Assembly (NCBI GenBank): GCA_037143235.1
Contig: JBAWZC010000004.1
Location: 1,776-65,775 of the forward strand
Length of the DNA stretch: 64,000 bases
DNA from: Candidatus Berkelbacteria bacterium
GTDB taxonomy: Bacteria > Patescibacteriota > UBA1384 > XYA2-FULL-43-10 > 1-14-0-10-43-13
Direction: 5' to 3'
In this document: one piece after another, positions 20,312-30,399 of the stretch
How positions within the stretch are numbered: position 1 is the stretch's first letter
Layout: each line of letters opens with the position of its first letter
Program-made: the position numbers and the translations under genes
Notes under the pieces: model-generated
What the model was told of the DNA's origin: nothing
Database searches by the model: none
Seen by the model: the letters and a program-made list of their open reading frames with translations, nothing else

Positions 20312-20709
20312 TGAAATTATTTATCAATACAACAACTGAGAACAATTTCGTCGCCTTGTATGATCATGAAGGCCAGCTAATTTTGTCATTACCATTGCCT
20401 TCGGCCAATAGTCAAACACAGGAATTGCTCGGGACGATTGAGAAAATCTTGCTGCAGTGCGGTTCGTCGAAAAAAGAATTAAAACATATATTCGTGAATA
20501 CTGAGGCTGTCTCGTATACTGGTGTTCGGGTCGGCGTCACCACGGCCAACACTTTAGCAATGTCATTGGATATTCCAATTTCGTCACTTTGTGATGAAGT
20601 GGCCCCAGATCGGATTACGCAAGTAGTCTCTGGGGATAACTTTATTGCTCCTGTGCCTATAACATACAAAAATCTCCCCAAGATTACTCAGTCCAAGACT
20701 AGAATTTAG
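20311..20709 (+). CDS. tsaB: TsaB-like protein (short)
   Basis: LFINTT, SYTGVRVG...ANTLA; follows tsaE. Confidence 0.75.
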   Translation: MKLFINTTTENNFVALYDHEGQLILSLPLPSANSQTQELLGTIEKILLQCGSSKKELKHIFVNTEAVSYTGVRVGVTTANTLAMSLDIPISSLCDEVAPDRITQVVSGDNFIAPVPITYKNLPKITQSKTRI

Positions 20710-20751
20710 CTCGAATATTGCATATAATAGACTAGATTAATCGGAAAAAAT

Positions 20752-22107
20752 ATGTCATTTTTATTTAAAAAAAAAGAACTTACAACCATGGACACTAACA
20801 AAGAAAAAAAATTACCATTTTGGAAAAGAAAAGGTTGGAAGATCTTTTTTGTTATTTTTGGATCAGTTTTGCTACTGGCCGCTGCAGCAATATCGTATGT
20901 GGTGATCACTGGTTCGAATGTTTTCATTAAAAATCTTTCCGCCAGTTCACCTTTTTTCAAAGGTGCCGTTAGTGCCGACCAGTTAAATGGCGAGGGGGAT
21001 GGACGCATCAATATTTTAGTAACTGGCATGGGCGGAACTACCCATCCTGGGGGCAACCTGACTGATTCAATCATGGTTGTTAGCATCAGTCCAAAGGACA
21101 AAACAGTGGCTATGTTGTCGATTCCGCGTGATTTGTATGTGCCCGTCGCTGGTCACAATTACTCGCGAAAGATCAACGAGGCATATGGTATTGGTGAGAG
21201 CGACAAAAAGGGTACCGGCGCCAATGTGATGAAAAAAACAGTTGGTACCGTTCTTGACTTACCGATTCATTATTTCATCAGTATCGACTTTTTGGGTTTC
21301 AAGAAAATCGTTGACGAATTGGGCGGACTCGACATCAATGTTGAAAAAACTTTGTCAGACCCATATTACCCTGATGACAAAATGCAGGGTTATGCTCCAA
21401 TTTACATCAAGGCCGGCTTGCAGCACATGACTGGTGATACAGCCCTGAAATACGCTCGCAGTCGAGAAACTTCTTCTGATTTTGATCGTGCTTCCAGGCA
21501 GCAAGTCGTCTTGAAGGGGATGAAAGATAAGGCTAGCAAAATTGGCTTTCTGACCAATCCAAAGAAGATATTCGATATCGTCACGATAGTTGGCGATCAT
21601 TTCCGCACTGATATGACGCCAGCAGAGATAAAATCATTGCTTGGTATCTTGAAAGATGCTGATACTAGCAAATTTGTATCGAAGGTTCTAACTGATGATT
21701 CGACAGGACCACTCTTCTCTGACAGTTCGTTTGGAACTTATTATTTGAAGCCAAGAGGCGGTAATTTTGTCGGTGTCCAGCGTATTGCTCACGAGATCTT
21801 TACAGATCCATACCTGCAGCAAGAACATTCGAAGATCCAAATTATGAATGCTTCAGGTAAGTCAGGCCAAGCAGCAGAACTTGCGAAAACTTTGAAAAGT
21901 TATGGTTACGACATAATTTCTACTGAGACTGCCACACAAAAGATGCAGAAAACCACTATTTATGATTATACTAACAATCAGAAGCCGTATACCCTAAATT
22001 TTCTGAAAAAGAGATTGTCTGCTCCAGTGGAGGTCAAGGCTAAACCAACCGATTCAAATTACGATATTTCAATTGTTCTGGGTGCAGATTTCAACGGAAT
22101 GGAGTAA
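20752..22107 (+). CDS. LCP family cell-wall glycopolymer ligase with LytR C-terminal domain
   Basis: TDSIMV, SIPRDL, KINEAY, YARSR, SDFDRA.RQQ, IMNASG. Confidence 0.92.
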   Translation: MSFLFKKKELTTMDTNKEKKLPFWKRKGWKIFFVIFGSVLLLAAAAISYVVITGSNVFIKNLSASSPFFKGAVSADQLNGEGDGRINILVTGMGGTTHPGGNLTDSIMVVSISPKDKTVAMLSIPRDLYVPVAGHNYSRKINEAYGIGESDKKGTGANVMKKTVGTVLDLPIHYFISIDFLGFKKIVDELGGLDINVEKTLSDPYYPDDKMQGYAPIYIKAGLQHMTGDTALKYARSRETSSDFDRASRQQVVLKGMKDKASKIGFLTNPKKIFDIVTIVGDHFRTDMTPAEIKSLLGILKDADTSKFVSKVLTDDSTGPLFSDSSFGTYYLKPRGGNFVGVQRIAHEIFTDPYLQQEHSKIQIMNASGKSGQAAELAKTLKSYGYDIISTETATQKMQKTTIYDYTNNQKPYTLNFLKKRLSAPVEVKAKPTDSNYDISIVLGADFNGME

Positions 22108-22674
22108 ATGGCATTTTTGTACAACAAGAGAATTCGACAGTTTGTGCTTTTCGTTATCCTAGCATGGGGGACTTGGTCGTTTTTTGTCGTCAATCAGATG
22201 CCACTGGCAAAGGTTCTGGTTTTGTTGTTAGCCTTCATCTCCTTCATCTTTATCATTTTTGAGATTAGTCCGATCTTTATCCTGATTTCGCTGTCATTTA
22301 TGACGGCCTACTCGCTATACAGTTTCTTGCTCCAGCTCGGTTTACCTTTGTGGGTTCTGATGATCGCGATTTTCGTCTTGTTCGGCTTTCTCTTTACTTA
22401 CACTGAGCAAAAGATCGGAATATTGGGCAACAAGCGTCTGATCTATTTGGTTTTGTTTAGCCTGATTATTTTAGAGGTCTTTTTGATCTTGAGTTACTTT
22501 TTGATCAATCCCTTGAGCCAGAGCCTGATCATTGCCGCAATTTCATACTTATTTATCGGTTTTTGCTATACTGTATTGGCAAGACACGAGGACAATTCTT
22601 TCGGTACTTATATTTTCTACACTTTACTGGTAATATTCTTGGTGTTGGTATCATTTGGTTGGCAATCGGTTTGA
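22108..22674 (+). CDS. Polytopic membrane protein
   Basis: About 6-7 hydrophobic segments; abuts the LCP gene. Confidence 0.75.
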   Translation: MAFLYNKRIRQFVLFVILAWGTWSFFVVNQMPLAKVLVLLLAFISFIFIIFEISPIFILISLSFMTAYSLYSFLLQLGLPLWVLMIAIFVLFGFLFTYTEQKIGILGNKRLIYLVLFSLIILEVFLILSYFLINPLSQSLIIAAISYLFIGFCYTVLARHEDNSFGTYIFYTLLVIFLVLVSFGWQSV

Positions 22675-22698
22675 GAAACAAATAACAGAAAGACTTAT

Positions 22699-23739
22699 AT
22701 GAAAATGGAAGAGGTCAGAGAAAAACTTGTCAATTGTTGCAAGGGCTGTATGTCGTCCTGTCGAAAGTTTAAATTGGATAAATGTTGCTCGGCTTGTTCG
22801 AGTGTTTACGACAAGATCAAGGCTAACAAGGTGATTACGATGACTTTTTGGGCGGTGATTTTCATCGTTTCCTTTGCCCAAATTGCTCTCGTTACTTCGC
22901 TTTATGGTTTACACCTTGAGAAAAGTAATGCCAAGGTCGTTCGGCCAACTGTTCGAGTGATGGCCAAGATTATTCCGCTGCCAAAGGCTTTTGTCACTTT
23001 TGACACGGTTAGTTACAGTCGTTATATTTTTGAAAAAGACTATACTGATCATTTTATGACAGCGACAAATCAGCCTTCTCCCGGCGATGCTGTCATTGAG
23101 AATGAGATTGTGACAATGTTAGTCGAAAACAAGATTCTTGATTGGCAAGCGGTTTTCCATGGCGTCAAAGTCACAAAAGGTGATGTCAATTCAGCATTGG
23201 ACACCATTATCGCTCAGAGCGGTGGGCAGGAAAAAGTTGAGTCTGCACTGAAGGATTATTACGGGTTGTCATTGAAAGACTTCCGAGTTTTGGTCTATGA
23301 CCAACTGCTACGACAGAAGGTTGACGAAAAAGTTATCGCCAAGGTCACCGTCAGACACATCTTGATTACTGTCGATGCTGCGGCCACTGACGAACAGGTT
23401 GCGGCTGCCAAAGCCAAGATCGAGGGCTATCTTGCTGAGATCAACAACGGACTAGATTTTTCTGAGGCTGCAACTAAATATTCTGAAGATACTGGCAGTG
23501 CTACCAACGGTGGATCTCTTCCTGCTTTTGCCAACGGTGAGATGGTTCAAGAGTTTTCTGACGCTGCCTTTGGCGCTTCGGTTGGTTCGATCGTCGGTCC
23601 AGTTCGTAGCGAGTTTGGCTTCCATCTGATCAAGGTTGATGCTAAGTCCGGCACTATCAACAAGCAGTTTAGCGACTGGTTGGCTGGACTGAAGAAAAAT
23701 AATATTATCACACCGTCAATTTCCGACACTCAGGTTTAA
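22699..23739 (+). CDS. PrsA/SurA-like parvulin peptidyl-prolyl isomerase
   Basis: VRHILI, FSEAA.KYSED.GS..NGG.L, MVQEF, SEFGFHLIKV. Confidence 0.88.
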   Translation: MKMEEVREKLVNCCKGCMSSCRKFKLDKCCSACSSVYDKIKANKVITMTFWAVIFIVSFAQIALVTSLYGLHLEKSNAKVVRPTVRVMAKIIPLPKAFVTFDTVSYSRYIFEKDYTDHFMTATNQPSPGDAVIENEIVTMLVENKILDWQAVFHGVKVTKGDVNSALDTIIAQSGGQEKVESALKDYYGLSLKDFRVLVYDQLLRQKVDEKVIAKVTVRHILITVDAAATDEQVAAAKAKIEGYLAEINNGLDFSEAATKYSEDTGSATNGGSLPAFANGEMVQEFSDAAFGASVGSIVGPVRSEFGFHLIKVDAKSGTINKQFSDWLAGLKKNNIITPSISDTQV

Positions 23740-23757
23740 ACGATTTATTTGACCTAT

Positions 23758-23794
23758 AAAAAGACAAGAAGCAGTGATGCTTCTTGTCTTTTTT
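23758..23794. terminator. Bidirectional intrinsic terminator
   Basis: AAAAAGACAAGAAGCA-GTGA-TGCTTCTTGTCTTTTTT between convergent genes. Confidence 0.85.
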
Positions 23795-23842
23795 ATTATA
23801 GTCAGCCTTGTCGCGTTCTGGTTCTGCAGAATTAGGGAATGA

Positions 23843-25357
23843 CTACTTGAGAATATTTTTTCCTGTCATCGTTTCTGGCTTAGTTATTCCCAGGATTGAC
23901 AGGACAGTTGGCGCGACATCAGCTAGTGTGCCATCCTGTAAATTCAAATTATCTTTGCCGACATAGATGATTGGGACTGGATTGGTGGTGTGGGCAGTGT
24001 GATTTTGACCAGTTTCAGGATCGACCGAAAGTTCAGCATTGCCGTGGTCAGCCGTTACGATTAGATCGTAATTATTTTCTTTTCCGGCTTTAACAATTCT
24101 TTCTAACTCGTGATCTGTTGTCTCAATCGCGGTAATTAATGCCTGATAGTTGCCAGTATGTCCGACCATGTCGGGATTGGCAATATTTATAAAAATAAAA
24201 TCAGTACCTTTCTTCATCGTTGCGATCGTTTCGCCCGCAATTGCTTCTGCTCTCATCTCTGGTGCCAAATCATGAGTTTCGATATCCTTGCGGCTGTCGA
24301 CCAAGATATGGCTTTCGTTTTTGTGCGGCTCTTGTTGGCCGCGATTCAAATAATAAGTGGCATGGGCAAACTTTTCAGTCTCGGCGATATGTACCTGAGA
24401 CATTCCGGCCTTCGATATTTCAGCAGCCAGCGAAGTCTCGATAGCTTCGGGCGGAAAAGCGACCAAGCAATCAAAGTCTATATCATACTCTGTCATACTC
24501 ACCACGCAGACATTGTGGGTTAATTTCTTTTCAATAAATCGTTGGGTCATCATCCTAGCACGGTCTTTGCGAAAATTGAAGAAAATAACGCCGTCATTTT
24601 CGCAAATCTGATAGTTCTTGCCGTCTTGATCTAGAAAAACTATTGGCTCGATATGTTCGTCGAGAATGCCTCTCTGGTGCATTTCCTCGATTAATTGTGA
24701 GGGTTTGATATTGTTCTGGACATTGCCAATGCCAGCAAAGATAGCATCTTCGGCTTTTTTCACCCTGTTCCAGTTTGCATCTCGATCCATGGCGTAGAAA
24801 CGCCCCGAAGCAGTGGCGATGAAACCAACGCCGACATCTTCCAGCACGGCCTCAAGCTCTTTGATATATTGATTGGCGCTTTGTGGTGCAGTATCTCGCC
24901 CGTCAGTAAAAACGTGAATAGCAATTTTTTCAATCCCTGAATCCTTGGCAGCTCTCATTAACGCAAACAAGTGATCACTGTGACTGTGAACACCGCCATG
25001 ACCAATCAAACCACTGAGGTGGAGTGTTGAGTCATATTTTCTGATATGGTTGAAGATTTCATTGAAAGCCGCGTTGTGTTTGAAATTTCCCTCTCTGGCC
25101 GCCTTGGAGATCTTCACAAAATCAGTGTAGACGGCTTTACCAGCTCCGATGATCGTATGACCGACCTCGCTGTTACCCATTTGCCCCTCTGGTAGCCCTA
25201 CGGCTTCGCCGCTAGCCTCCAAAAGTGCATGTGGACAAGTTGACCATAGCTGGTCGAAAAAGGGCGTCTTGGCCTCCATAATGGCATTCTTGGCTGTTTT
25301 CTCACTATAACCCCAGCCATCAAGGACGATAAGTACAACTTTTTTGTTATTTTCCAT
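23843..25357 (-). CDS. gpmI: 2,3-BPG-independent phosphoglycerate mutase
   Basis: LDGWG, GQMGNSEVGH, GRFYAMDRD, ETEKFAH, NPDMVGHTG, TADHGN. Confidence 0.97.
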   Translation of the reverse strand: MENNKKVVLIVLDGWGYSEKTAKNAIMEAKTPFFDQLWSTCPHALLEASGEAVGLPEGQMGNSEVGHTIIGAGKAVYTDFVKISKAAREGNFKHNAAFNEIFNHIRKYDSTLHLSGLIGHGGVHSHSDHLFALMRAAKDSGIEKIAIHVFTDGRDTAPQSANQYIKELEAVLEDVGVGFIATASGRFYAMDRDANWNRVKKAEDAIFAGIGNVQNNIKPSQLIEEMHQRGILDEHIEPIVFLDQDGKNYQICENDGVIFFNFRKDRARMMTQRFIEKKLTHNVCVVSMTEYDIDFDCLVAFPPEAIETSLAAEISKAGMSQVHIAETEKFAHATYYLNRGQQEPHKNESHILVDSRKDIETHDLAPEMRAEAIAGETIATMKKGTDFIFINIANPDMVGHTGNYQALITAIETTDHELERIVKAGKENNYDLIVTADHGNAELSVDPETGQNHTAHTTNPVPIIYVGKDNLNLQDGTLADVAPTVLSILGITKPETMTGKNILK

Positions 25358-25429
25358 CTTGTTTCCTTGCTATTCAAACTCAAAGTAGCACCCTGAAGCA
25401 AAGATCTTCAAGGTGCTATATTTGAGTAA

Positions 25430-26740
<1,311 letters not shown>

Positions 26741-26887
26741 CTATCTCAATCTACCATTTCTTTCGCAAAAAATCACCCCCCAGCGGCGATGAATCTTTCG
26801 TCGTTTTTTGCTCTGTTTCTCAACGATCGACGATATATGGAGTAAAGTCGACTTCATTGATAATGAGCGTGTTTTTTGTTAGTATGC

Positions 26888-27140
26888 GGGTACGTTGACT
26901 AGAGTTAGCGCTAGTACTGAATTGTGTGAAAGCGAGTAATTCTCCTGTGCGATAAAAAGCCTGCTGGTAATCCAGGTTCGAGAATCGTGGAAGCACAATT
27001 ACAGATGCGCCCTTGCCGGATTCCGGTGAGGTAAGGAAAGAGATTTCCTGAGGGTTTCTTTTTCCCCACAGAGCCTGCGAACGCAAGTAGTCGACGTACA
27101 CCTGAGGGTACACAGATCAAATTGCGATTTGTGTACCCTT
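26888..27140 (+). ncRNA. Putative RT-associated structured RNA (msr/msd-like)
   Basis: Inverted repeat GTACGTTGACTA (26890-26901) / TAGTCGACGTAC (27088-27099) flanked internally by G26902 and G27087. Many short internal hairpins and a 14-bp hairpin at 27105-27139. Directly upstream of the RT RBS. Confidence 0.7.
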
Positions 27141-27158
27141 GATCTCTTTTAAGGAGGC

Positions 27159-28145
27159 ATGACAATGCCATTACTCAGAACCAAGGAGTATAAAGCGGCA
27201 CTGAGTTTGGCTCGTCACCTCAATCTCAGTGTCCCCGACCTCATGGCCGTTTTGAAATCAGAGAACGGCAGTTACGACTTCTATCATTCTTGGCAGGAAG
27301 CCAAGAAGAGTGGTGGGTTCAGGACTTATCATAGTCCACTTGAGCCACTCCGAACATTTCAGCAGATAATCAGGGAGAGAGTATTATCTCGTCTTCCGGT
27401 GTCTGCCATAGCTCATGGCTATGCTAAAGGCAAGAGCATCGTCACAAATGCCGATGCTCACATCAAGAGTAGATCTTTGTTTGCTCTTGATCTGTCGGAT
27501 GCGTTTGGCTCGACCGCCTTGCGCTACAAGCTGAAACAACAGCAAAAAACGAAGAGTTGCTTAAGTTTAGCCGAATTTGGCCTGACCTTGCCGCAATTCG
27601 AAGTAATGCTGAAGTTGGTCGAAGTGCTACCCATGGTTAATAGTGAGATGCAGTGTTTGCCATTCCTCCCACAAGGCGGAATTACCTCTCCTGACATCTT
27701 CAACTATTGTTGCCACGAGTTGGATCGACGATTGCTTCAATTGGCTAACAACGTTGGAGGAAAGGTGACCAGATATGCTGACAACATCTTTTTCTCAATG
27801 CCGTCTATCCGAGTCGACAATGCGATTCGAAATGCAGTTTATCGGATCGTCCAAGAGTGTGGCTTCAAGCTCAATAGGAAGAAGACTCACCATATTGTGA
27901 ACGGCAATCGCAATGGTGTGCCACTTCGGCTGCTAGGTATCAATATCATCGACGGTGACATGTATTTGCCACCGGAGACGATAGAGAGATACCGAGGATT
28001 GCTTTATCGGGCAGGACTCGAGGCCGACCACGAGACATTTGCTTGGATCAAGGGCGTTGTGATTCAAGTTTATGGGGGTTGGCCGCCACGCCTTGCCGGT
28101 ATTTACCGGAAGGGACTCACGAAAGGAGGTCATTTATCACCATAG
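27159..28145 (+). CDS. Retron-like reverse transcriptase with YADN active site
   Basis: KKSGGFR, AHGYAKGKSIVTNADAH (NAxxH), LDLSDAF, LPQGGITSP, TRYADN, GFKLNRKKT, LLG at the VTG position; AAGGAGG RBS at 27151. Confidence 0.92.
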   Translation: MTMPLLRTKEYKAALSLARHLNLSVPDLMAVLKSENGSYDFYHSWQEAKKSGGFRTYHSPLEPLRTFQQIIRERVLSRLPVSAIAHGYAKGKSIVTNADAHIKSRSLFALDLSDAFGSTALRYKLKQQQKTKSCLSLAEFGLTLPQFEVMLKLVEVLPMVNSEMQCLPFLPQGGITSPDIFNYCCHELDRRLLQLANNVGGKVTRYADNIFFSMPSIRVDNAIRNAVYRIVQECGFKLNRKKTHHIVNGNRNGVPLRLLGINIIDGDMYLPPETIERYRGLLYRAGLEADHETFAWIKGVVIQVYGGWPPRLAGIYRKGLTKGGHLSP

Positions 28146-28173
28146 AGACGGTCGGCATTGCTGGCCGTCTCTA
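28143..28173 (+). terminator. 14-bp hairpin overlapping the RT stop codon (no U-tract)
   Basis: TAGAGACGGTCGGC-ATT-GCTGGCCGTCTCTA. Confidence 0.6.
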
Positions 28174-28223
28174 ACTGTATCAAAAATATGAGATTGAGCG
28201 GTTTGTTAGTGGAGGCAAAAGGA

Positions 28224-28325
28224 CTATGTCAGCTTGAGCTGTTTTTTGATTTTATTGATTTCTTCCTCGAGCCGACTGACATGATTTATCGTGAAAAGTC
28301 TCTCTTGGTCGAGACGAGCTAACAC
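28224..28325 (-). pseudogene. Fragment or very small coiled-coil ORF
   Basis: Reverse frame reads VLARLDQERLFTINHVSRLEEEINKIKKQLKLT*, a protein-like heptad pattern with no clear ATG or RBS. Confidence 0.45.
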
Positions 28326-28412
28326 ATTGGATATCGGATCAGTTCGACAATATGATGTTGCAAAGCAGTGGCGCGGAGCATATAATATAGGAAATGTAGA
28401 TTTGGGGGCGTT

Positions 28413-28697
28413 ATGGCATTACCGAAAAACGAATTGAAAAAACTTGAAACAGAGATAGCCGCTCTTAGAGCCACTTTCGACAAGACAAGAGAGAAGGTTC
28501 GTAAAACAGGTGGAGACAAGATTCAACTCTGGGCTTTTCGGCTAAATTCAAGAATTCACGAAATCGAGAATAAGATTAATGATTTAAAAGCTGGTAATAT
28601 TAGGGTTAATATTATTAGTCCAGAAGACGAAGAAATTGAGAAAAAGATAGCTCAGATCGAGACAAGACTGGGCATAGAAAAAGATAAGTATTTATAG
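28413..28697 (+). CDS. Small coiled-coil hypothetical protein
   Basis: TATAAT at 28381, GGGGG RBS, charged helical sequence. Confidence 0.7.
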   Translation: MALPKNELKKLETEIAALRATFDKTREKVRKTGGDKIQLWAFRLNSRIHEIENKINDLKAGNIRVNIISPEDEEIEKKIAQIETRLGIEKDKYL

Positions 28698-28705
28698 GAG
28701 AAATT

Positions 28706-28978
28706 ATGGCCAGAATAACATTAGACGATCTTGCTGCGTCGATTCAAAATGAGTTTAGTTCTTTGCACGATCAAATCGATGGTCTGGAACAAAAAGTGGG
28801 CGGACTAGAAGCCGGGGTCTCTAGTCTGGGGCAAAAAGTAGCTAATCTTGAACAAGGCCAGGAGCGCATCTTTTTGCGATTAGATCATCTGGCACCACAT
28901 TTCGAAGTCAAAGATCTTGGTGAAAGGGTGAAAACTTTGGAGATTGATGTTAAGATATTGAATTCTGCAAGTCATTAG
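28706..28978 (+). CDS. Small coiled-coil hypothetical protein
   Basis: AGGAG RBS; heptad repeats (LEQKVGGLEAGVSSLGQKVANLEQ). Confidence 0.75.
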   Translation: MARITLDDLAASIQNEFSSLHDQIDGLEQKVGGLEAGVSSLGQKVANLEQGQERIFLRLDHLAPHFEVKDLGERVKTLEIDVKILNSASH

Positions 28979-29047
28979 AAATAATATTCGGTAGACGGAG
29001 TAGGTTTGAACTTGTTGTTTTCTTGGTTGTAAATTTTAATCCGATCA

Positions 29048-29479
29048 ATGATCAAAAAATTAATTTATAATTTTTTCTACGATATCTATGTAGATTTGTT
29101 CGTTGCTTTTATCTTTATATATTTTGCTTTAATAGACTATAAAGTCGGATTTTTAAGCATTCTTGGCATAGCTTTAATACTGCTCTCTTTGCCTCTCTGG
29201 ATTTTGGCCCGCTTCCAATTAGGCAAATCGTTTGCATTAAGGCCAATAGCTAAAAACTTTGTTCACTCAGGTTTATATTCAAAGATTCGACACCCAATGT
29301 ATTTGTTCTCTTCAATAACTGCTTTCGGAATTATGCTAATACTTAATCATTGGTATTGGTATTTACTTTTTTTCATACTAATAGTAGTTCAGATTTTTCG
29401 AGCAACCAAAGAAGACCACGCGCTAGAGAAAACATTTGGTCAGGGCTACTTTGATTACAAACGAAAAACTTGGTTTTAA
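29048..29479 (+). CDS. Isoprenylcysteine carboxyl methyltransferase/PEMT family membrane protein
   Basis: LGKSF, GLYSKIRHPMY, ED..L...FG..Y..YK. Confidence 0.85.
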   Translation: MIKKLIYNFFYDIYVDLFVAFIFIYFALIDYKVGFLSILGIALILLSLPLWILARFQLGKSFALRPIAKNFVHSGLYSKIRHPMYLFSSITAFGIMLILNHWYWYLLFFILIVVQIFRATKEDHALEKTFGQGYFDYKRKTWF

Positions 29480-29527
29480 AATTTTGTTCTGTTGCAACAA
29501 AAATAGCTCCAAGAGCTATTTTTTCTT

Positions 29528-29569
29528 TGGCGGCACCCTAAGCGTGTCAATTGCCAAGCTTAGCTTGGC
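29528..29569 (-). repeat. 42-nt NCCA twin-hairpin module (Asp-type, copy C)
   Basis: Minus strand: GCCA AGC TAA GCT TGGC AATT GACACGC TTA GGGTGCC GCCA. Confidence 0.85.
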
Positions 29570-29584
29570 GGAGGAAGCTAGAGC

Positions 29585-30241
29585 TTATTCCTTGATTAGG
29601 TGGCTGGTGTAACCCATTGAAACCAACTGCTCGTATGCCTTCCAGACATCTTCTGGTATCTCTTGCTCGATTTGAAATCCAAGTTTTGGATATTCTTTGA
29701 TTCTTTGTAAATCGCCTACCATAATATTAATTATATCTTGCTTTAGGATTGCACCATTTGAAACATACTCATCGTAAGATAATTGCGGCGAAGTGACTAC
29801 GAAATCTTTTTCTGGCCAGACCTTTTTGAAGGTCGCGTATGTTCGTCTTTCCATATAAGGTTTTTGAACCAAAACGAAAGAGTCAAAGTCAAGTTTCTTT
29901 TTTTCGAGTATTTTTTTGGTAAACTCAACATTCTCGCCAGTATTTGTGGACTTATTTTCAATTATTATTTGCTCTTTTGGTACTCCTAGGTCAATCGCAA
30001 TTTCGGCAAAGAGATCAGCCTCGGGTTTGTCAAAAATATCCTGAGTTAATTTGCCGACCCCACCAGAAAATATTATATACGGAGCGAAACCTTTCAGGTA
30101 TAATTCTGCCCCTCTCTCGGCCACTCGTTTATCATGGCTGCATAAGACAAAAATAGCATCGGCTTTTTTGATCATCTGATGCATATGATGATATTCCCAT
30201 ATAGTCTTTGCGAGGACATCAATTGTTGCTTCTTTTTCCAT
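29585..30241 (-). CDS. YdcF/DUF218 family protein
   Basis: ADAIFVL.SHD, IFSGG.G, E.KSTNTGEN, VQKPYMERR. Confidence 0.88.
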   Translation of the reverse strand: MEKEATIDVLAKTIWEYHHMHQMIKKADAIFVLCSHDKRVAERGAELYLKGFAPYIIFSGGVGKLTQDIFDKPEADLFAEIAIDLGVPKEQIIIENKSTNTGENVEFTKKILEKKKLDFDSFVLVQKPYMERRTYATFKKVWPEKDFVVTSPQLSYDEYVSNGAILKQDIINIMVGDLQRIKEYPKLGFQIEQEIPEDVWKAYEQLVSMGYTSHLIKE

Positions 30242-30327
30242 ACTATAAATATATCATGGTCATGCAAAATATTCAGCACTCACTCTGTCCTATAACAAAA
30301 AAGCATCTTCTGGAGATAATTTTTATT

Positions 30328-30369
30328 TAGCGGCGCTATCAACACGTCAATCGCTAAGCTCGGCTTAGC
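30328..30369 (-). repeat. 42-nt NCCA twin-hairpin module (degenerate, copy B)
   Basis: Minus strand: GCTA AGC CGA GCT TAGC GATT GACGTGT TGA TAGCGCC GCTA. Aligns without gaps to copy C, with a compensatory change in hairpin 1. Confidence 0.7.
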
Positions 30370-30399
30370 GAAGAATAGTGGAAAAATAGGAATGTTTGC

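Noticed and set aside
27159-28145. RT as a group II intron, DGR or CRISPR-associated RT
   Set aside because: No maturase/endonuclease extension or domain V/VI-like 3' end, no avd gene or TR/VR pair seen, no cas1 or array. NAxxH and the size are retron-like.
28200-28325. Possible second structured RNA downstream of the RT
   Set aside because: The pairings are short, and the reverse strand reads as a coiled-coil protein fragment, which explains the sequence better.
28413-28978. Two small coiled-coil ORFs as RT effectors
   Set aside because: They are separated from the RT by a hairpin and a convergent fragment and have their own TATAAT. Linkage would need co-occurrence data.
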